From an uncultured virus (IMG/VR IMGVR_UViG_3300030372_003010) (lineage: Duplodnaviria; Heunggongvirae; Uroviricota; Caudoviricetes), in the IMG/VR virus record IMGVR_UViG_3300030372_003010: DNA of 20,000 bases. The stretch is one strand, 5' to 3'. The translations under genes were made by a program, and so were the position numbers. Positions 7,602 through 15,334 of this stretch are shown here, one piece after another (the first letter of the stretch is position 1; every line of letters starts with the position of its first letter). Under the pieces are notes generated by a model. That model saw nothing but the letters and a program-made list of their open reading frames with translations. It did not search any database and was not told the DNA's origin.

Positions 7602-10600
7602 ATGGCTTGTATAGCGAGAGATAATGCAATAAAGCATCTAATAGATAAAGGAGCAATTGATGATACGAGAAAGATCTTGGATCTAAAACTGTATGAAGAT
7701 CTAAATAAAAAGTTAACTGAGATTGCAGTTAGAAAATACAACTTAGATACATTAGGTAATGAATTGTTTGCCATTAATGCATATGATGCTACATACTCAA
7801 GGCCGGTAACAACTGGAAGAGAACTTACATTCAAGGTAAGACGAGCTGTTCCTAACTCAGTTTTATTTGAGACTTTAGATGAAAAAATAAAAACATACGA
7901 GGAGAGATCTTCACAACCTGTTGTTGTTCCTGAAGAAACTATAGAAGTTGTAGAAGATACTGTAGAGGATACTGTTCTAGAACCAACAGGAGAGCAACTT
8001 GAATTTAACTTCCTAGAAGACAATAGTGTTGAGATAAACTTAGAAGACCTTAAGAGCCAAAGATCTAGACAACTAGGATCTGCAATAGCAGAAAGATTAG
8101 CACTAGGAATGAACTACAACTTCGAGAACATAACAGAGGAGAGAGCTGTAGAGATATTAAAAAGTAGAGTAGTAGGATACAGAGGAGAACCCGCTTTTAA
8201 TTTTGCAGGAACTGTTTATGTAGTAGGAGACAATGTAACGCTAAATACTGTACTACATGAGTTTGGTCATCCATTAATAAGATCAGTAAGACAGTTGAAT
8301 GATAAACTGTATAATAATCTGTACGAGGAGTTGATGGGTACTACTGAGGGGGAAGTTATAGAAGAGGCCGTGCTAGCAGAGTATCCTGAATTAAAAGACT
8401 CACCTGTATTTTTAAAAGATGAAATCTTAACATATGCACTACAACTAAAATCAGCAAACCAAGTAAACAATGAAATAGAAACAAAGGGATTTGATAATGT
8501 TATAAGGAAACTTTTAGCTGCCATTAAAGATTTACTACGAGGTATATTTGGTAGAAAAATAAAAGTCTCCAAAATAAATGTTGACACTACACTAGAAGAA
8601 CTCGGTACCATAATGCTGTCAGATCAAATAGACCTGCAGACAGACATGTTGACTGAAGAGGATGTGGTTGCATATGGAAAAGATTTAATAGAAAGAGTTA
8701 AGGTATTAACTGATAACGCTAAAGCTGAGACTATTAACCAGGCAATCACTGAAATATTTGAAGCTAACAAAGAAGTGTTAATGAATGCAAGGAAGACTAA
8801 GTTAGATCCTGCAACTAAAGAAATATTAAAGAGATCCTTCTTTGAAAAAGATGGTAGAAAACTATTACCTAGTATACAAAAAGATTTATCTAGATATCTA
8901 CGAGACAGTTTAAATAATAAAAACATTGATGAGGCTCTAGAGATTGTGCTAGATGCAGAGGAGAGAAGACTAGAAGATTTAAATAATAAGTCTATAGCTT
9001 TAGTAAGTACATTGGGTGTTATGTCACAGAGTTTTAAAAACATGAACCGTGAATTGGATTTACTATCTAAAAAGAAAAACTTTGGTACTAGATCTGACAT
9101 GGCTATTCTTGGTGTTTACAAAGGTTCATCTCAAAGAATGTATCAACTGGTTAAGGACCTGGATGAGTTATTAAAAAAAGATTTTGAAATAACTTCAGAT
9201 AATGCCTTTAGTGATTTACTTGGTCAGATACGTAATGAAACTATTAGGTCACAAGAAAATATTAAAAAACTATATGAAAGATTTACTAAGTATTTCTTTG
9301 TTGAAAATTCGGGTCATATAAATAAGTTTTTAGAAGAAGAACTAAAAACAGATTTAGGAAATTCTTTAAGTCAACATATTAGTCAAGAAGAGTTTGAAGA
9401 CATTTATGACAAACTTATTAAACAAAAGTTTGATGAGTCTGATGTAGAGTTTTTAAAATCTAAAGGTGTGCCGATAGCTTATGTTGAGCCTTTTTGGAAA
9501 AAGTATCAAGACATGCTTGTAAACTTACCAAAGATAGAGAGTATATTATCAGGGGAGTTTAAAGATGTAAGTATCATTAATAGGATGATTGAATCTTATA
9601 GTATTACAACTAACCCTATAGTTGGTGGATTGTCTAAGTACATTCAAGATTTATATTCAGATGCTACAAATAAAGGTTATAGAAAGTCATTAGAGTTAAG
9701 AAGTAAATTAGAAAAGCTACTGCCTGCTGTGGGATATAGCAAGTCTAATACTAGACAACTGATAGATATGCTAGCTTTTAAAGATCAAGTGTTAGATTTT
9801 GATAAAGAAGGTAACCCTGTTAAATTTGATGTATATTCATTCTTAGATAAGTTTGGAAATGGATGGAGATATGCAGTTGATAAATATAAGTTTGATATTA
9901 AAGAAGCATATACAAAAGGTGATGCAGAAGAAGTTAAGAGACTGAGGAAAGAACAGTATCAGTTCCATAGAGATTATATGTGGGATAACTACACTGAAGA
10001 GTATTATGAAAAAGATGCAATATTTGAGGATGCTGGAGAAGTTGGGATGGAAGCTTGGTTAGATAGAAAGTTAGCCTTAGATAGTTATAACTCAGTAATT
10101 AATAAAGCTACTGATGAACTAGAAAGATTTGAACAATACACTGTTGAGCAAGAAGCTTTTAGAAAGTATAAGCAATTGTATTCAATGCGTGATGAAGATG
10201 GGAACTTAAAGACAGGAAGAGCAAAAGAAAAGGCTGAGATTTTAATTCAATATTCTCAAGCTACTAGAGACTTTCATGAAATGGTTCCTATAAAAGGATC
10301 TTTAGAAGGTGCATTTAAAAACTTTTTAAACTTATTAGAATCTAAAGGTATATCTCAGTATGATGCTAAAGATCAATTGAACCCTGAATGGCAATCTAAA
10401 GTTGATGAATGGACTAAACAAAATACTAAAGTAGTTTATTCACAACAATACTATGAGAGATTATCTCAGCTTTATGATAGAATGAATGAGCTGCAGGAAA
10501 AAGTAGAAGTTGATTCTGATTTTGATGTATCAGCAGCTTATAAAGAAATTAATGACACCTTAAGGTTATTTAAAGATGAACAAGGTCAACCAATGCCAGA

Positions 10601-13538
10601 AGCTTTGGGTGAGGAAAGAATTGCAAGAATAAAAGAACTGCAACAGCAGATTAATAACTATCAAACAAGTGTTGACAAATCATCAGGACTAACTGCAGAA
10701 GAGCAAGCAGAACTTGCTGAGTATATTTTAATGCAAAAGAAAGGTGAGGCTTTAGATGAGGTACAAAAGAAAAGATATGTTGACTTAGTTTCAACTAAAA
10801 GCAAGGGACTATCTGTAGCAGAAGAGATTGAGCTTCAAGGGATTTGGACAGAGCTTAGAGAATTGTCTACTAAACTTCCTACTGAATACTACTTGGATGA
10901 ATTAAACTATCAGTTATCTAGATTTGAGATTGCTCCTGTTAAAGCTGAGGACGCATCTGAATATATTAATAAAGATGAATTCAAGGATCTTGTAAAGAAA
11001 GATGATTTACTTTTTGATTGGTTTAAAGCTAATCATGTAAGTAAAAAATACTTTGGTAAAACTGTATTTAATAGAAACCCTGCTCATAGTATTTCAATAC
11101 CTAGTGATAATAAGATGTTGTTAACAACAGAACTTGTTAATCCTAATACACAAGAAACAATAACTATAAAAGGTGTTCCTAATGCTAGACATTCTAGATT
11201 CCAAGTTAGAGATAAATACTTAAGTATACCTCAAGGTCTTACACCAGAACAAAGAGAAGAATATGTTGGGAAATATATAGATAATAGGGGTAACTATCTA
11301 CCAAGAGAGTATAAGCCGGGTGATAAGTTTAGTGCAAAGGATGATAGATTCATGAATAAAAGATATGCAGAAATGAATCCTGCAGGTGCTGAGTATCAAT
11401 TGCTTGAAACTATTAAAAAGTTTCATTTAGATGTTCAATCTGGAAATAGTAACTATGCTAAGTTATATTTAGACTTACCTAGATATGCAGTTGATGGCAT
11501 AGTAGAATCATTTCAAGCAGGAAAATATGGTGATAGACTTGAACAGTTGAAACAATCAGGTATAGAATTCTTATCTAAGACTACGGGTGCTTTTGGAAAA
11601 TCAACAGAAGACTTTACTAGTAAAGAATTCAACTATGATGAGAAAATGAATCTTGTAAACACAGATTTACGTGGTAATCAAGTAAGCTATATACCAGTTG
11701 ATGGTTTATATAAACTAGATTCAAAAAGAATAGATCCTGATCTTATACAAAACTTAATAAAATACACAGTGTCTTTAGAGACACATAAAACTCTATATGA
11801 GAACTTGCCGTTCATGAATGCAATTAGAGAAACTTTAGAGTCTGATGAAGCTAAGCCTAAAAATATGACTGCTTATGATAAGAGGATTCAAAAGATAAAA
11901 GGTAAACTTCAAAGACCTAATAGATCTGATGCACATAATAACATGTTAGAGCAAGTTAAAAGTTTACTTGACAGAGAATTTTATGGTAAAGTAAATTCAG
12001 CTGCGTCTGAAAGTATGCCACAAATAACTAAGTTAGCAGCAACATTCCAAAGAATGTCTGCACTTGCATCATTAGCACTGAACATTCCATCAGATTTAAA
12101 AAACAAGTATGGTGCAATGGTGCAGATTGCTATTGAAGCATCAGGTAATGAGTGGATTAATCTTAAGAATATGGCTAGTGGTAGACAGTGGGCATTTGAA
12201 GCTATGACTAATTGGTCTTTCATCCCTAAGAATGGTATCTATGCTATAGGACCTGGTTCAGTATCAACACAACTTATTGAACTTATGGATCCTCAGTTTA
12301 AAACTAAAGATGACTTGGGTAGAAGTGTTCAAAGAAGTTTATGGAAAGATTTTGTAAACGGTGAATTCTTATACATGCATAGAAAGTTTGGGGAAATGGA
12401 AGCTGGCTTAACTTTATTTGGATCATTTATAGATGCACAAAAAGTTGATCAGATTATAGATGGTAAAAAACATTCTATAAAATTTAAAGATGCCTGGGAA
12501 CAAGGTGAAGATGGGATATTAAAACTTAAAGAAGGTATTGATGTAGAGTGGAACTATGAACCTATATACCATACACTAGGAGAAGGAGAAACTTTACAAC
12601 AAGTTGCAGATAGATTTGGAATGACCAAGGAAGTATTAATGGCTAAGAATAAATTAAGAAAAGACATAGAAGCTAAACCTGGACAAGAACTTATTATATC
12701 CAAAGCTCAAAATTTTAAAAATTTAAAAACTAAAGTGCAAGGAGTATCACGTAGACTATTTGGTTCTTATGATACATTTGGTCAACCTGAAGGTAACAAG
12801 TTGTTATTATACAGGATGTTCTTCTTTATGAGAAAATGGTTTGTACCAATGTTTCAAAATAGATGGGGAGGAATAATAACCGGGAATAGATATGATTATG
12901 ATGTTGGAGATGTTGGTAAAGGATTTTACCTAGAAGGATTTAGAGGATACTACAAACTTATATCATCTCTTGGTAAAAGATATAACTATCTAAGTACTAA
13001 AGAAAAAGTTGGTATGAAAAAGATGGCTTCAGAAGCACTTGTCATAACTACATTTACTTTATTGATGGCTATGATATTTGGATGGGATGATGATGATGAA
13101 GAAAAGTGGGCAAAGATAAAAGAAAGATCCGGTGCTATAACAGAAGATAACTTTAACATGCCAGGATTCTTAACTAATCATGCTTTGTTATTGATGATGG
13201 GTACATTAGCTGAGACTACAGCTTATATACCATTACCTAAAGTAGCAGGAATTAACTTTGGTTTAGATGATCAGATGTCTATACTTACTAGTACTACAAC
13301 TGCTTTTGGAAATACATTAGGTTTATACGGTCAGATCTTTGCAGATGTTTTAAACATTGCAACTGGTAATGATGCTGCAAGATATAAAAGAGATTCAGGA
13401 CCTTATCCGTGGAAAGAAGAAGGTGACTTAAAGATTGTAAGTAATATATTAAAAGGTGTAGGTATTACAGGTTCTACAGGTGATCCACAAACAGGTATTA
13501 AGAACTTAAGTGCTTCAGGTAGTAAATTGCAAAGATAA
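7602..13538 (+). CDS. Giant internal virion/ejection (cargo) protein with zincin-like HExxH domain, LysM domain and C-terminal hydrophobic helices
   Basis: 1,978-aa ORF starting 11 nt after the vRNAP stop, with an A-rich leader (attaaaaagaaATG). Contains TVLHEFGHP (8256-8270) with a downstream Glu in KDEILTYAL (~8421), a LysM-like segment YHTLGEGETLQQVADRFGMTKEVLMAKNKL...PGQELII (12567-12698), and hydrophobic ALVITTFTLLMAMIFGW (~13035-13085). Its position beside the vRNAP gene matches crAss-like cargo protein clusters. Confidence 0.75.
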   Translation: MACIARDNAIKHLIDKGAIDDTRKILDLKLYEDLNKKLTEIAVRKYNLDTLGNELFAINAYDATYSRPVTTGRELTFKVRRAVPNSVLFETLDEKIKTYEERSSQPVVVPEETIEVVEDTVEDTVLEPTGEQLEFNFLEDNSVEINLEDLKSQRSRQLGSAIAERLALGMNYNFENITEERAVEILKSRVVGYRGEPAFNFAGTVYVVGDNVTLNTVLHEFGHPLIRSVRQLNDKLYNNLYEELMGTTEGEVIEEAVLAEYPELKDSPVFLKDEILTYALQLKSANQVNNEIETKGFDNVIRKLLAAIKDLLRGIFGRKIKVSKINVDTTLEELGTIMLSDQIDLQTDMLTEEDVVAYGKDLIERVKVLTDNAKAETINQAITEIFEANKEVLMNARKTKLDPATKEILKRSFFEKDGRKLLPSIQKDLSRYLRDSLNNKNIDEALEIVLDAEERRLEDLNNKSIALVSTLGVMSQSFKNMNRELDLLSKKKNFGTRSDMAILGVYKGSSQRMYQLVKDLDELLKKDFEITSDNAFSDLLGQIRNETIRSQENIKKLYERFTKYFFVENSGHINKFLEEELKTDLGNSLSQHISQEEFEDIYDKLIKQKFDESDVEFLKSKGVPIAYVEPFWKKYQDMLVNLPKIESILSGEFKDVSIINRMIESYSITTNPIVGGLSKYIQDLYSDATNKGYRKSLELRSKLEKLLPAVGYSKSNTRQLIDMLAFKDQVLDFDKEGNPVKFDVYSFLDKFGNGWRYAVDKYKFDIKEAYTKGDAEEVKRLRKEQYQFHRDYMWDNYTEEYYEKDAIFEDAGEVGMEAWLDRKLALDSYNSVINKATDELERFEQYTVEQEAFRKYKQLYSMRDEDGNLKTGRAKEKAEILIQYSQATRDFHEMVPIKGSLEGAFKNFLNLLESKGISQYDAKDQLNPEWQSKVDEWTKQNTKVVYSQQYYERLSQLYDRMNELQEKVEVDSDFDVSAAYKEINDTLRLFKDEQGQPMPEALGEERIARIKELQQQINNYQTSVDKSSGLTAEEQAELAEYILMQKKGEALDEVQKKRYVDLVSTKSKGLSVAEEIELQGIWTELRELSTKLPTEYYLDELNYQLSRFEIAPVKAEDASEYINKDEFKDLVKKDDLLFDWFKANHVSKKYFGKTVFNRNPAHSISIPSDNKMLLTTELVNPNTQETITIKGVPNARHSRFQVRDKYLSIPQGLTPEQREEYVGKYIDNRGNYLPREYKPGDKFSAKDDRFMNKRYAEMNPAGAEYQLLETIKKFHLDVQSGNSNYAKLYLDLPRYAVDGIVESFQAGKYGDRLEQLKQSGIEFLSKTTGAFGKSTEDFTSKEFNYDEKMNLVNTDLRGNQVSYIPVDGLYKLDSKRIDPDLIQNLIKYTVSLETHKTLYENLPFMNAIRETLESDEAKPKNMTAYDKRIQKIKGKLQRPNRSDAHNNMLEQVKSLLDREFYGKVNSAASESMPQITKLAATFQRMSALASLALNIPSDLKNKYGAMVQIAIEASGNEWINLKNMASGRQWAFEAMTNWSFIPKNGIYAIGPGSVSTQLIELMDPQFKTKDDLGRSVQRSLWKDFVNGEFLYMHRKFGEMEAGLTLFGSFIDAQKVDQIIDGKKHSIKFKDAWEQGEDGILKLKEGIDVEWNYEPIYHTLGEGETLQQVADRFGMTKEVLMAKNKLRKDIEAKPGQELIISKAQNFKNLKTKVQGVSRRLFGSYDTFGQPEGNKLLLYRMFFFMRKWFVPMFQNRWGGIITGNRYDYDVGDVGKGFYLEGFRGYYKLISSLGKRYNYLSTKEKVGMKKMASEALVITTFTLLMAMIFGWDDDDEEKWAKIKERSGAITEDNFNMPGFLTNHALLLMMGTLAETTAYIPLPKVAGINFGLDDQMSILTSTTTAFGNTLGLYGQIFADVLNIATGNDAARYKRDSGPYPWKEEGDLKIVSNILKGVGITGSTGDPQTGIKNLSASGSKLQR
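12567..12698 (+). other. LysM peptidoglycan-binding domain inside the giant protein
   Basis: 44-aa segment that fits the LysM consensus Y-x-V-x-x-G-D/E-T-L-x-x-I/V-A-x-x-F/Y-G-x(5)-L-x-x-x-N ... PGQ-x-L-x-I. Confidence 0.85.
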
Positions 13539-13687
13539 TGGAAATAATACTTAGTATATATTGGCCACATGATAGATGTCTTTTAGGATGGGAATATATA
13601 GGTCCAACAGATGATGAACCTATAAATTCCTTTATTATACATTTAACTATTATAACTCTTACCCTTCATCTGCAGGGTAATTCATAG
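13538..13687 (+). CDS. Small hypothetical protein, 49 aa (MEIILSIYWPHDRCLLGWEYIGPTDDEPINSFIIHLTIITLTLHLQGNS), not in the ORF track
   Basis: The ATG overlaps the upstream stop (TAATG at 13536-13540), the usual sign of translational coupling. Open to TAG at 13685-13687, and it fills an otherwise empty gap. Confidence 0.65.
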   Translation: MEIILSIYWPHDRCLLGWEYIGPTDDEPINSFIIHLTIITLTLHLQGNS

Positions 13688-13859
13688 TAGCAAATCTTTT
13701 AAATTTATTTAAATTTCTTTTGTTTAAACCTTCAAGATTTTCTACATCTACTTTGTAAATTTTAAAAGTTTTACTTTCATCTTCAGTAACTAGTGCATAC
13801 TTATGATCTGAAGATACATATTTTACATAAACAGTTTTGTTATTATGTTTTAGTTTCAT
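13659..13859 (-). CDS. Small hypothetical protein, ~66 aa (MKLKHNNKTVYVKYVSSDHKYALVTED...)
   Basis: Track ORF 13659..13889. The internal ATG at 13859 is preferred because it has an A-rich leader (aaaaaataagaATG) and only a short overlap with the upstream gene. Confidence 0.6.
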   Translation of the reverse strand: MKLKHNNKTVYVKYVSSDHKYALVTEDESKTFKIYKVDVENLEGLNKRNLNKFKRFATMNYPADEG

Positions 13860-14022
13860 TCTTATTTTTTTTGGAATTAGATAAGTCATCTCTCATATCA
13901 GAGAGGATTTTGTTAAACATCATTTTCTCATTACTATTAAGCTTATCATACCATGATGCAAACTCTCCTCCTTTAATTTGAAGATATTCTTTATGTAAGT
14001 CATATAAGCTTCTACTTTTCAT
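13843..14022 (-). CDS. Small hypothetical protein, ~59 aa (MKSRSLYDLHKEYLQIKGGEFASWYDKL...)
   Basis: Track ORF 13843..14055. The track start lies inside a terminator hairpin, so the ATG at 14022 is more plausible. The product looks helical and protein-like. Confidence 0.55.
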   Translation of the reverse strand: MKSRSLYDLHKEYLQIKGGEFASWYDKLNSNEKMMFNKILSDMRDDLSNSKKNKNETKT

Positions 14023-14035
14023 AATATAAATATAT

Positions 14036-14061
14036 AAAAAAAGGAGGACTTGCATCCTCCT
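14036..14061 (-). terminator. Rho-independent terminator-like hairpin 1
   Basis: The minus strand reads AGGAGGA-TGCAAG-TCCTCCT followed by a T run: a perfect 7-bp stem (14042-14048 / 14055-14061). Confidence 0.7.
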
Positions 14062-14137
14062 CTTTCCCTAATTAATCAAATAAATAATATGAGACAGTTA
14101 AATATAATAATTATTTTATAAATAACTAAATTTTTTT

Positions 14138-14168
14138 AAAAAAAAAGAGGAGGTTTTTACACCCCCTC
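14138..14168 (-). terminator. Rho-independent terminator-like hairpin 2
   Basis: The minus strand reads GAGGGGGT-GTAAAA-ACCTCCTC-TTTTTTTTT: an 8-bp stem whose single non-Watson-Crick pair is a G-U wobble only on the minus-strand RNA. It lies ~33 nt downstream of the DUF932-like gene stop. Confidence 0.8.
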
Positions 14169-14180
14169 TCTTGAACTAAT

Positions 14181-14211
14181 CAAATATATTATAATAATAT
14201 ATTAAAACAAA
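14181..14211 (-). promoter_or_regulatory. Candidate Bacteroidetes housekeeping-sigma promoter (-33 TTTG / -7 TAnnTTTG)
   Basis: On the minus strand: TTTG (14211-14208), a 19-nt spacer, then TATATTTG (14188-14181). This matches the TTTG-N19-21-TAnnTTTG consensus, but the AT-rich context makes a chance match possible. Confidence 0.45.
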
Positions 14212-15332
14212 TCCGGCAGATCTCCATCTTCTACATCTATTTCCTCTTGCTCAGTCTCTGTAGTAAAGTCTAGATCAAAGTCTGCATCATCTTCTTGATG
14301 TTTTAGAACTTCTTTAGCATGTTTTTGAAGAGATTCCATATCTTCTACACTTTTGATTTCATAAGATGTTCCTTCTTCATCACCTAAGTGTACAGTGAAA
14401 CCTTCCTCAGCTTCAGCTTCATCTTCAGCTATCTGTTCTTCAATTGCAAGTTCAGGAGTAGTTTCAACTATCTCTTCACCTGTATCATCATTAGGATTAG
14501 CTACTGCTTTGTCTACAAGTTCTTGTACAGTTGTTTCCTCTTCAGCCTCAACTTCTGCAATCATATCTTCTAGATCTACTTGATTAGGATCTACTTCAGG
14601 CTCCACCTCTTCTACTTTATTAAATTTAAAAGCATCAGATATAAACCAATGAAGAACTCTCTGATCCTCCATCCAAGTTTTAGGATGTGACTGCTGTAAA
14701 GCTATAGTAACATGATTATAAAATGCCCATAAGCTATCAGGATTTCCATACTTAAAGCTAGGTCTAGACATTTGTTGTCTAATGATACTAGCTTGTTCAG
14801 TAGTAAGGATTTCATATTCAGCAAACAGGATACCAAGTAACTGAGCTTGTTGTCTTTTACTAATATGAATTTCCTTCATACTTTCTTTATCTTTAACAAG
14901 CTGCTTATAATACATATTAGCATCTTTGATTTGCTCTTTAATGGTCTCTTCAGTTTCTGTGTCTGCAGTACCGGTGTGTTTACGGGCCCAAGAACCCATA
15001 TCTCCACAAACCATACTACTACCAGTTTGATTTATGTAAGCTCCAATACCACATTTAAACCTCATCTGTTTGTTATAACTATTAGACCAGGCAAACATCA
15101 TGGATAACTCAGGGTCATCCATAAATGTTAATCTATATACTCCTTGTGCTATATTTCCATTTCCTGTACATCTATAATGCTCTTGATTAACTTTAAATCC
15201 TGCATTCTCTAGACATTCAATTGATAGATCTATAACTGACTTATGACTGATTACAGTATAAGTGCTTGTCTGATTTGGTAAAGCAACATCAAACAGATGC
15301 TGCTTTGTACATTCTTTAATTTTTGTTGGCAT
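14202..15332 (-). CDS. DUF932-like phage protein with long acidic C-terminal tail
   Basis: The N-terminal ~235 aa carry DUF932-like motifs (TYTVISH, FAWSNSYNKQMRFKCGIG, RKHTG, SLWAFYNHVT). The last ~135 aa are D/E-rich and end in DGDLPDLF. Confidence 0.6.
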   Translation of the reverse strand: MPTKIKECTKQHLFDVALPNQTSTYTVISHKSVIDLSIECLENAGFKVNQEHYRCTGNGNIAQGVYRLTFMDDPELSMMFAWSNSYNKQMRFKCGIGAYINQTGSSMVCGDMGSWARKHTGTADTETEETIKEQIKDANMYYKQLVKDKESMKEIHISKRQQAQLLGILFAEYEILTTEQASIIRQQMSRPSFKYGNPDSLWAFYNHVTIALQQSHPKTWMEDQRVLHWFISDAFKFNKVEEVEPEVDPNQVDLEDMIAEVEAEEETTVQELVDKAVANPNDDTGEEIVETTPELAIEEQIAEDEAEAEEGFTVHLGDEEGTSYEIKSVEDMESLQKHAKEVLKHQEDDADFDLDFTTETEQEEIDVEDGDLPDLF

Positions 15333-15334
15333 AA

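Noticed and set aside
7602..7620. N-terminal Cys as a lipoprotein lipobox
   Set aside because: The Cys is residue 3, with no preceding signal peptide or hydrophobic stretch.
4431..12223. Antisense ORFs 4431-4631, 7592-8023, 8267-8611, 8624-9100 and 11981-12223
   Set aside because: They lie on the opposite strand of the giant genes and have the Ser/Leu/Phe-rich composition typical of shadow frames.
14023..14201. CRISPR mini-array or tRNA in the intergenic region
   Set aside because: There are only two degenerate units, each better explained as a hairpin plus T run, and no cloverleaf or T-loop motif is visible.
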